Origin: Antedon mediterranea
Taxonomy: Eukaryota > Animalia > Echinodermata
Length of the DNA: 64,000 nt
Assembly (NCBI RefSeq): GCF_964355755.1
Contig: NC_092679.1
Location: 13,933,432 to 13,997,431 of the forward strand
Direction of reading: 5' to 3'
The notes beneath the pieces are model-generated. The model searched no databases. It was not told the DNA's origin and saw nothing but the letters and a program-made list of their open reading frames with translations. The translations under genes were made by a program, and so were the position numbers. Positions 14,201-26,200 of this stretch are shown one piece after another; within the stretch, counting starts at the first letter, position 1; each line of letters starts with the position of its first letter.

Positions 14201-17200
14201 ACGCAATATTCAAAAGTTGGCATCATGGTTGGGAAAACCCGTTCAGCTCCCTATAAACCCGGCTACGGTATGCAACTTTGTGGCACATTTACATGGTCTA
14301 CAATATGCACCTAGAACAATTTCATTTCGTCCGTCTCTTTTATCCACAAACTAGCAGACTTACCCGATCCTTGTAATTCGTTTTTGGTTGTAAAAGTTAT
14401 GCTTCGGATCGTCCGGATGTACGCTTGCCTATCACTGCAGAAATTTTGACTAAATTGTTAGTGAGTCTAGAGTCGATCGAACCTAGTTTTTCTTATAGAT
14501 TACTTTTCAGGGCCTTTTTCCTTACCGCGTTCCAAGGGTTCTTCTGGATTGGTGAATTGGCCGTAGGTAAAGGGGACGCGGATAAGAAAGTCGGGCAACG
14601 CAGTGATCTATGTCTTTCTGGTAATTCAGCTTCCTTAACTATATACCATCACAAAACCGGCGTAGGTAAGCCCCCTATCCATATTTCATTCAATAGTGCC
14701 ACGGGCGCCCGGTTCTGTCCAGTAAAATGTTTACATGATTACACCTAACATTTTCGGCATACCTCTGGTCCTTTTTTCCAACATATGGACGGTCGGCCGA
14801 TTGCGGCTCGTTTCATATACGCAAAACTAAAAGAGGCGATTTGTTTCAATGGTCTTGACCCTACATTATATAAAGGTCATAGTTTTCATATTGGCGCCGC
14901 AACTTATGCTGCTTCCCTGGGTTTAGCGGAGAACACTATAAAAACAACAATTTGGTCGATGGAATTCTAAGGCCGTACAAAATCCAATCATTTTCCATAT
15001 AGAAATGCTTTCGTATTTCGGATTGTTCGAGCTTGGCCTCGCGAGACATGTTTGTTTCTGTTGGTCATATCTGTCAAGCCTAGCTCCAGATATTTTCCGA
15101 TATTTGTTTGTCTGGGTGGTAACCCTCTTTGTTTGTCGGGTTTGTGGCATGTTCACCCAGCAAACTTGTATTTTAATTAGTTTTAGTTTAGTAAGTCAAG
15201 TTAATCTTTGGATTCTTGATAACCAGGCATATTATATTTAACATTCAATATATATTTATGTGATTTTATGTAATAATCAAGGTGTTTAGTTAGTAGTAGT
15301 TATTGTCCGTACATATACGGTACACTCGATAGGGGCAGCCCATACATTATGTAGGCCTATACGTCTTAGATGGAACTAAATTAGTTATGGGCTGCCCCAT
15401 TATTATTACAACTCTAGTATTATATATGATATTATGTGTTTCGTCATTTAAATAAATATATGACAATTTCCATAACTTGGTGTTATTGTATTTTTCCGTC
15501 TGGCTTCTTGCGGCATAAAGGTATATTTTCGTAGTTACTTTTAATACTCACAGCGTTTGAAGAGATGACATATTTGCAAAGATTTTTGTTGAGATACTTT
15601 GAATATTATTTTTGCCGAGAAACAAATTTTTAACTGCAGGTATTTTACGGTCTTCTAATGAGGTTAGACTGTTCCAACTTAAATCCCTGAAATACAATAT
15701 AGTTAGTTATATTATAATCATATTATATTTCAGTGAGCAATACTTAGATAATAACATTACAATTACGCCTTGGTTAGACATTGATTTGTCATGTATACAA
15801 TTACTTTTCAATAACATAATACATACTACACTTCAAGAAAGAGAGATATTACATTACTTGTTATTGCCTTGTTTTTCCATATGGCTTAAAGGCCGGTGCA
15901 CACTAAATAATTACACACAAAGTGACAAACGTCAAATCGAGGCGAGTCGCGTGAAGCTTGAACAAGTTAGACCATCGCGAACAAAGTGTCTCGATCCGAG
16001 TATGTTCCATTGGAAGCGAAGCGTCACGCGTCATTTTCGCTAGTTCCGGTTCAATCTGGGCGTAGAGAGAGGCCTAGGCTGGTAGGCCTAGGCCTAGAGG
16101 CATAATAAGCTAGGTAGGCCTAGCCTTGGTATTTGCAAATCTATCTCCAATATACTTGTATTTGTTAATACACACATCCACTGAAAATGCATTTTCTTTG
16201 ATTTGGGGATTTTTATATTCAAGTGCACCTTTTGTCATAAAAAGACGAGAATAGGCCTACTCGTGAATTATGGCCACAAAATTGACGTCGCTGACACTAC
16301 ATCCATGTTGAACAAATTATTTTCATCTTCATCTGACTGATGACATCACACATAGCCCTACGATCCTTGTGATTTGATTGATCAAATTGAAGCGAATTTG
16401 CAAGCGAAAACGAAAAAGTTCCAATGGAGAAACTCTAGCGAATTCACGCGCGGAGCCTTTGCTAGTTCAAAAGGTTCTAGGACACCTACCCCCTAGACAG
16501 TTACCTCCCGGATGTTTACCACCCGGACAACTACCCCCTTAGGACAACTACCCCCCGGACAACTACTCCCCGGACAACTACTCCCTTAGGACAACTACCC
16601 CTTTAGGATAACAACCCCCCGGACAACTACCCCCGGACAACTACCCCTTAGGACAACTACCCCCTTAGGATAACTACCCCCCGGGTAACTACCCCCGGGT
16701 AACTACCCCCGGTCAACTACCCCCCGGTCAACTACCCCCCGGTCACCTACCCCCGGACAACTACCCCCTCCCTTAGGACTATATTTATGTTCAATCTTTT
16801 ACTTTTGTTTACAATAATGAATAGTAATTCGTCAAAATAACGAATTAAAATATAGTTATTAATTCCTATTATACACTGTTGCAGAGTCAGGTTGTTGAAT
16901 GGTCTGGGTGGTAGTTGTCCATCCGGGGGGTAGTTGTTCCAAAGGGATAGTTGTCTGGGTGGTAGTTGGCCAGGGGTTAGTTGTCCTACGGAGGTAGTTG
17001 TCCTAAAAGATTATTTGCCCTCGGAGTATTGTCCAGGTCCAGGAGGTAGTTGTCCTACGGGGAGTATTGTGTCAGAGGTAGTTGTCCGCGGGTTAATTAC
17101 CAGGGTGGGGGGTGGGGGGAATTGTCCGGGGGTAATTGTCAGGGGTAATTGTTCCTAGGGGGTAATTGTTCGGGGGGTAGTTGTCCAGGGGTTAGTTGTC

Positions 17201-20200
17201 CTACGGAGGTAGTTATCCTAAAAGATTATTTGCCCTCGGAGTATTGTCCAGGTTCAGGAGGTAGTTGTCCTACGGGGAGTATTGTGTCAGAGGTAGTTGT
17301 CCGCGGGGTAATGACCCGGGGCGGGGGGGGGGGGGTAATTGTCCGGGGGTAATTGTTCCTAGGGAGTAATTGTCCGGGGGGTAGTTGTCCAGGGGGTAGT
17401 TGTCCTAAGGGGGTTGTTGTCCTAAGGGGGTAGTTGTCCGGGGGGTATTTGTCCGGGGGGTAGTTGTCCGATAGGGGTAGTTGTCCTAAGGGGGTAGTTG
17501 TCCAGGTGGTGGTTGTCCGGGGGGTAGTTTTCCGGGGGTAAATGTCCAGGGGGTGAATATCCGGATATACCGAATTCACCGCGTTGAAGTTTAATTTGAT
17601 GTTCACACTGAAATCGTCTGTCGCGACAAAAGTACGGTTCGATTTAACGCTTGACGCGTGTCGCTTCGCGTGTAAATTGTTAAAGGCCGGTGCACACCAA
17701 ACGCGAAGCCGCGAATTTCGCGTTAAAAAGTGACGCACGCGGCAGGCGACGGACGCTTCCAGTGTGAACATACAAGCGAACAGTGTACGATAGTCGAATT
17801 TCAACTTCAACGCGTTGAAAACGACAGCAGCGAAGGCTTCGCAAGGGAATTTTCAAAACCTTGGTCAACTTTTTGAGGCGTCGCGAGCGCGGTTCGCGTT
17901 CGTCAACCAATCAGAAGTCAGGAATATCTCTCATCGACGACGACACCGACGGCAAAAAAATGGTGGCTGACGTGACGAGTGAGGTCTTTATGGAAATACT
18001 TTGTCATTACCCTTCTTGTCTTTACGATAAGGGAAGTAAGTCATACACAGACAGAAACATAAGGATTAATGCATGAAGACAATAATTTCAGACAAACATC
18101 TGTGTAGAAGAATGCCAGAAAAACTAGGCCTAAAACGCGTCAGAGATCAATTTGTAAAGTGAGTTGGCAAGCCTTCTATTTCTACTCTAGCCTACCTAGG
18201 TTTAGGGCCTAGGCCATGGGCCTAGCTAGGCCTACCTAGCCTAGGCTACATACACCCTAGTAGGCTAGGCCATGCCAAGTAGTACTTATAGGCCTACATA
18301 ATACTTACTAATCCCTACTGTACTAGTCTACTATGTGCTAGGCCAGGCCTAGCCTAGGTTAAGCCTACTACTAATGAGTACAGTACTAGGCTAGGCCCAG
18401 GCTAGGTCTAGGCCTAGGCCTAGCCTACTTATTATTATTAATTAATATCTATAGGCCTAATATTTAGTTGATTTAGTGTTGTAAGGATAGGCCTAGTACT
18501 AGTAGTAATATTAATACATAAATACTGTTGTTTTAGTTTCTTTTAGGTCAATTAGATGAACATTGATAAATTGGATCCTTCAGGCTATTACCAGCGTTAC
18601 AAACTCCACCAATGACCAAGCTAGTAGTTTAAGCGGCCAGTATATTATTGCCATGGAATTAAGAGCAATTGCTCCTCAAAAACGTGGACTGGCAATTATG
18701 AGGCTGATACAGGTTTGTATAGACTTGTTTAAAATGGGTATGTCAGTTGGTGACATACATTGGCCAGAAAAAATGATTTGAGCAATATGCCTTACTATAG
18801 CAATTTTTTAATACTTGTTTCATTTTTTTTTTTTTTGAAAATGGAAGAGATGTATTGTCCTTTGAAACACAAAAAATGAAAAAAAAAATATTCTAAATAT
18901 AAATTGGCCATATCAAAGTAATATTAAAGTTATTCACTTTAAGTCAAAAATTCGAGGCAAAAACAACAAGTTTACGTAATTAACAGGTAAATTAATTTGA
19001 TTACATTTCGTCTGAAAAATCGTCACGAGCGAAAGTAAACAAAGATTTCAAACCACGAGTATGCATTATGCATGATGCTAATTAGGATTGTTTACAAATC
19101 GTCACGGTTGAGAAGGTGTTTTCACACAGATCGCGAGGAAGTTTTATGATTATGCATACAGAGTAGCCATACAAGCGCGTTGCATTATGAGATATGTTTG
19201 GATCGAAAACTTTGACTGGAAGTCAAAGTTATTTTTTGAACAAAAAAACGTCCGTATGTTGGTTAAATCATTTTTTTTTCAACTAATTTTTGGTGAAAGT
19301 TAATAACTATTATGATACTTCAAAATAACCCACCTTTTTTTCTAAATATAAAAAAAAAAAATTTTTTTAATTAGTAAAGGGACAATACATCTTTAAGGAG
19401 GAGTTGGACTGTAACTAGTATTTATTAAGTGGTTATAGAAGGAAAGCTGAACTGAAAGTCTTTTTTTAGCAATAGAGAATACATGGAAATAAATATATGT
19501 ATATGTTTTTTTATACTTCAATACTAAAAAAATAGTCAAATTGGCTGCCAGCTAATGGAATTGTTTTCATTTTATAAGTGAAAACATAAGTGTTTTGGGG
19601 TTTTTTTTCTATGTAAGTGATTAACTTTGTTAAAACTACAAAATGGCCTATTCAAATTTGATTTTAATCATCTTCATTTTTCAAGATTCTATGGGACAAT
19701 ACATCTTTAAGTTTAGTGTCATTTTTTGGACAAGATATATTGTCTTCCTGAAAATATATTTTAAAACATTTTCGTTGTGTGTAATACAGTATAACACTTT
19801 AGGGTTAGTTATTCACTTTTAACAATAATAATATTTCTTCAATTTTCATTTTTTTTGGGATGAAACATTTTAAATTTATTATTTTGATATTATTTTGCGA
19901 AAGTATTCAGGAGTAGTAAAAAAGAAAAACAATTATTCACTATTTCAATAAGTGTATTTATTTGAAAAAAAGTCATAAGATAATGTACAGTGTAAATATG
20001 AGTTTGGGATATTTATTACATTTAATCAAATGAGAAAAAACTGTATGTTTTGTCATGAATAATATAATATTTAATAATAATTAGAAAATGAATGTGAAAA
20101 CTTTACAATAATATATAGGCCTATAGTTTATATTTGAAAGTGACAAACCCATGAAGATTCCCAGTTCGTGTTTATATGAAATGTTTTATATGGTTATAAT

Positions 20201-23200
20201 AAACCTCTGTTGAAAGATATTTGTAACACCACTAATAAATACAGTCAGCAGATCACATGTACGTGTAGTCAACATGCAATAAATGCTTTAATTCTTGTAA
20301 CTGTGTTGATATTGGATACATCTTCTTCTGTCCTTGTGATATATACGGTACATACAATCATGCACATTTCAAGCTTTGGAAAAGGATAACATTTTCCCAC
20401 AAAAACCAAACACTGTGATTGGTGTAACGGGAAGAGTTAAATTACATTTTAATTTAACTCTTCTCTGGTTAAACTTACATAGGAAATACTTCAGAGTCAT
20501 CTTCTCTGATTATTTTAAATGTAGCATTGTATTGGCCAACCCACTATCTCCTAGGCCTAGCAATCGCGACGAATCAGCACATCGTGACGCGTTTAGTGGG
20601 AACCGACAAGAAAAACTAATAGACGCATGACAATTCAACTTTCAAAGCGATCCGTCGAATGACGCTTGACGCATGACGCTTCGCGGCTTCGCGTTCGGTG
20701 TGCACCGGCCTTTAGTGTGTAGGCCTATCGGCCTTTAATATTTATAGTTTGAGAATAATTAAACGAAGGCTTCTAATCAATGTTTAATTTACTAATAAGT
20801 TAAATAATGATTCATGTAGTAGTCAATACAAATACCCTTTAACAAACTCTCATTCCATTCATGGATTCATGACAAAGTAGACTAACAGGATTGGTATTAT
20901 CAATAATAAAGAATATAATTCTTTTAATTTATCAGTATCATTCATTATTTCGATAATGTTTATTAGTGAATGATGTAGGCCTAGATACAAAACAAAAAGT
21001 AAAACACTCACAGTGTACCATATATGTATCCACGAAATATTGGAATTTCCGTAAGTCTATTATAAGCAAGGAGTCTAAATAAGAATAAATAAAACATGAC
21101 ATAACTATAAACATCTACGATTAAAGCAATTACAAATTAAAGATATTATGTTATAGTGAGCATGTTAATTGTAATCAGAAAACTGTTCTTCCTCTAGTAA
21201 AACAATAATAGTATTTAATGTGAAGAAGACCCGTGTTACACATGTGTAAAATCGAAAGTTCGAAATCTGAAAATAACAATAATGTAAGGTGTAAAAAATG
21301 ACAACAATGTCTGGGCTGACTAGGCAAAGCTGCAATTCATGTCACATGATTTATAAAATACAAGCTAGTTAGGCCCATCCCATGACAAACTGCCGTACAT
21401 TGTAACTTATTTAAGCTATATTCACTATCCTTTATGTACAAGACAACGATGTGGCATTTTTTTTTTATTTATTATTTATTTTATTTATTTATTTATAAAC
21501 TTATTTTACATGGATGACATTTTCATTAAAAATAATGTACAAATGGTCCATGATTAAAGAAATGCATGCATAATAGTGAATAGTCATAAGTTACAAACAT
21601 TTTTTTTTGTTTTAGATTAGGACTATAGAAAGACATACAAGTACAATAACATTTAAAATACAGATACAGAATTAATAAACAGTTAAGTAAGTACATCGCA
21701 GTTACACCGGTTCTCAAGTTGAGGTTTCTATTTAAATACATCATATTAGTTGTGTTTTGTACTTATATTTAAACGCATTGTAAGAGGTCGCTTCTTGCAA
21801 TGATATATGAAGGTTATTCCATACTTTCCAACCAGCCACTTGAAGTGACATATTCATTTTGGTAACATTTATCTTGGGTATAACTACATTTAAGGGTTTT
21901 GCCAATCGAGTATTATAACCATGTCTATCAATGATTAATTCAACTTGATCTACCAGACTTTGAGGGGCTAGGCCATGAATGCATTTGTACATCATATAAG
22001 ATATTGAAAATTCACGCCTCTGTTCAAAGGACTTCCAACCCAGGTCATTGATAATGTCATCCCCTCTGAAGTTTATAAAATCATAGTTTCCTGACGTGAT
22101 TCTAGCAGCACGTCTTTGTTGTTTCTTTGCAATATCAATAAAACAATTCCCCGTAACATATATACAAGTATCATCAGCAAATACATTACATGTTCAAGTT
22201 TCCACAGACTGTGAAATATCATTTATAAAAAGAAGAAATAGTAACTGTCCAAGGACCGACCCTTGTGGAACTTAATTCCAATTTTGATTAGCTCAAAATC
22301 AGATTTATTACCATTACAGAACACAAATTGTTTTCTCCCTTTTAAGTAGTTTCAAACCATTTAACTGATACTGTGTCAAAACCGTATTTGGTTAGTTTAT
22401 ATAAAAGTATATCATGGTTTATTGAAAAAAAACATTTTGAAATAACGAGAAACATGCACCTATCATTTCTGAATCATTTAAAGCCCCATTCCCTACGTTT
22501 TTTAGATCTAATTTAAGATCACAAACTATATTTAATGTAAAAATAATACTATATGGTCCTATTGCGATAACTTTTTTCGTCTTTAAACGGTTAAAAATGT
22601 GAAAAATAAATCGATTTTAATAATTATAGCGGCCCGCTATAAATCCCAAAATGCATTGCGCGCGGATTGATATTTTTGTTTTTCACCTGTAATTCGCCCA
22701 CTTTTCGATCGATCGTGAAGCCAAAACAAATGGAAGACTCCTAACTTTTCAGCGAAAATACCGGGTGTTCCCCAATTTGTATCAACGGAGTCTGGCAAAA
22801 ATAGAAAGACAATTAATGCAGCAACTATACAACGTCAGGCTAGGTATATAGCTAGCGTACGATGTTCGTACGTTACCGATGTTTACCAGCAGCTAGGCCT
22901 ACAAAACTAAGCCTAGCTAGGCTAGGCCTGAGACCGTCCACGAGAGTTCGATCGCCGCGAGCTACTTAGGTAGTGCATTGTTTCTCACTTTTTATCATAA
23001 TTTACCATAAAACGTACATTTAAGACAAGGAATGACATGGTTTAATGTTTTTAAAGTGATATATATGTATTATTTTCCAAAAAATGTCCAAAATTGCAGG
23101 GAAGGGGTCTTTAAATATTCTAACCATTCACCAACAACTAGTCCATGGGATTTAGACTTTTAACTCACACAAATTGCAAGAAAAGGTTTTTTTGATGAAA

Positions 23201-26200
23201 TGTGTTCTTTAGACCCTACTGAACACATTTATCAACGTTAGGACATTTTTCGACAACAGGAAGTAGCCTAATTTGCATAATTAAAAATGGCGGCCATTTT
23301 TAATAACGTACTCTGTATCTTGGAAACCGCTAGTCACAGATACTTAATTATGGTGTCAAAATCGTTAGAATATATGTTTTTATATTCACTTTAATGAAAA
23401 AGTTTGTCCAAAAATGAATGGAAGTGCTATTTCTAACATTATTGACCTTTGACCTTGATTTATCATATCTTAGCAACCACTAATCTGAGAGACACACAAT
23501 ATGGCTCAAACTGTTTAGAAACTACATATTTATATTTAGTCTAATGGCATGTTTTTGCAATAAAATGGCCAATTCTAACATTATTGACCTTTGAACTTTG
23601 CACTACATAAAATCGCATAACTTTGAAAATATTGTACATATGAAATTATTTTTAGTGTCAAATTATTCAGAACATACATGTTTCTATAGAGTCCAATGAC
23701 ACATTATTTCCAATAATGACCTATTGTATGGTTATTAACATTTGAACTATATTTGAAAAGGATTTTTATCCCGGAATCTTCTTCATGTAGGCATTCATTA
23801 GAACATGTGATTTGGCACTACTTGTTTAGAATATGGTGGTAATTTAAATTAAATTTAAAAACTGAAATATTCACTTTAAAAAAAAATATTAGACTATGTA
23901 TACATACATTATAGGTTTGGATTATTAATACATTTTTAATTAGGTCTTACATCTTACTCAGGAGAAAGTTGGTGTTGACACTATTAACAGAGCCAACAAA
24001 AATGTATTTTTTTTTTATGATATATTGTACATACTTTAAATAGGCCATGCCATTTTGCAGGTTTATTAACGTTTTTTTCAAGTTAGTAATTTATTTTTTG
24101 ATCAAATTAAATTGCCATTAAATGGCATATTCAAAAAACAAATTTCTAAAGATTATTTAGTTTATATTTTGCTAAGGATAGCATCACTCTTGAGGGCATT
24201 CTTTTAGGTTGAAACATAGTCTTATTAAGAAGGCATTTTCTACTAATAGACGCATTGTTGACAACTGGAATTTTAAAAGATCGATATTAATGCAACATAT
24301 TTAGTTTAGTTTAATTAATTGGCTATCGAGACTCATAATTAGGCTGACCACCACTTGCAATATTTTCGCCGTATACAGTAAAAACCTCAGTTTCTTATGG
24401 AATTTATTTATTTATTTCAATAACCATACAGTACGACTACTAGTCGTGTATAGTTTTTAACCTTTTATAACTTGTTTTTGTACTTTTTTTATGTGAATGT
24501 ACGTATTGTGTATGTACCATGTTTCTATGTGGTTTAATTTTTACGATTTTTTAACCATCAATTTTAATGCTTTTAATATTATATAAATATATTGTAATTC
24601 AGCTTCAGCTGCGAAAACGATAAGAAATAAAATAAACAAACGTGTAAACTTGTAGGCAGTTTATGGATGAATGCAATAGTTTATGCTTATAAATTTAATG
24701 TATCATGGCCTACTTTAAACTAAACATAATAAGTCAACATTGCAACTCTTACATTTTAGAGTGCCAAATCACATGTTCTAATGGATGTCCACATGAAGAA
24801 GATTCCGGGTTTTTTAACATTTGAACTATATTTGAAAAGCCTTTAAAAAGGCTTTTCAAATATAGTTCAAATGTTAATAACCATACAATAGGCCATTATT
24901 GGACATAATGTGTCATTGGACTCTATAGAAATATGTATGTTCTGAACAATTTGACACTAAAAATAATTTCATATGTACAATATTTTCAAAGTTATGCGAT
25001 TTTATGTAGTGCAAAGTTCAAAGGTCAATAATGTTAGAATCGGCCATTTTTTGCAAAAACATGCCATTAGACTAAATATAAATATGTAGTTTTTGAACAG
25101 TTTGAGCCATATTGTGTGTCTCTCAGATTAGTGGTTGCTAAGATATGATAAATCAAAGTCAAATGTCAATAATGTTAGAATCCGCCATTTTTTGCAAAAA
25201 CATGCCATTAGACTGGATATAAATGTGTAGTTTCTGAACAATTTAAGCCCTAATTTGTATATCTCTGATTAGTGGTTGCTGAGATATGAGAATTCAAGGT
25301 CAAAGGTCAATAATGTTAGAAATAGCACTTCCATTAATTTTTGGACAAACTTTTTCAATAAAGTGAATATAAAAACATATATTCTAACGATTTTGACACC
25401 ATAATTAAGTATCTGTGACTAGCGGTTTTCAAGATACAGAGTACGTTATTAAAAATGGCTGCCATTTTTTATTATGCAAATTAGGCTACTTCCCGTTGTC
25501 GAAAAATGTCCTAACGTTGATAAATATGTTCAGTAGGGTCTAAAGAACACATTTCATCCAAAAAACCTTTTCTTGCAATTTGTGTGAGAAAAGGGTCATT
25601 TTTTAGCTAAATCCCATGGACTAAACCCTATGTAGGGATGTTATTGTTGAGTGACCTTCTTTTAAGAAGGCAAATTGATCAATGCTAATTAAGTTATGAT
25701 TTACAAGATATTCAATAACATGTACCTGTACCTCCTTTTCCATTATTTTTGCTATGTGGCCAATCACTGAGATTGGTCTATAGTTACACATATCGTTTTT
25801 AGCAATTTTCCAGTCATCTGGTATAATACCATTGAGTTAAATATTTGGCATAAGGAATATGAGATAAATGGAGCGGCTAATCGGAATAATTTGCTATCAA
25901 AGTCTATCACATCTATATGTTTTTTTCAGGCAATTTTGAGAGTTTATTTTGTACCGTTTCAACATTAACCTCATGAAACTTAAATTTATAAAGACAATCA
26001 GGATTTTTCCATTTGGGAAAACTATTTTTATCAAAAGAATCGGCCATGTTTGTTTCAATATTAGTAAAATATTTATTGCATTTTTCAACAATAACTGTAG
26101 TATTCAAATTCTTTTTACCCTTTCCAGTTACTCGATTTATCTCATTCCATAATTCTTTTAGATTATTTTTATAGTTAAGATGAACTGTATCGTAATATTC

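Larger units (their letters stand above)
10633..15500 (+). mobile_element. Decayed DIRS/Ngaro-type tyrosine-recombinase retrotransposon; boundaries approximate
   Basis: Order is SGNH-like ORF, gag-like ORF, RT/RNase H, then YR, all on the plus strand with many frameshifts and stops. Confidence 0.85.
15890..20734. mobile_element. Non-autonomous Harbinger-like element (outer), hosting two nested insertions
   Basis: Left TIR AGGCCGGTGCACACTAAATAATTACAC. The right TIR is split into GTGTAAATTGT (about 17670-17680) and TAGTGTG..ATCGGCCT (20713-20734). Confidence 0.72.

Noticed and set aside
16934-17810. Gly/Cys-rich and Pro-rich ORFs
   Set aside because: They are translations of the GGACAACTACCCC repeat arms.
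18180-18500. TAGGCCTA-rich tracts as a distinct element
   Set aside because: They are low-complexity palindromic expansions scattered through the window with no defined ends.
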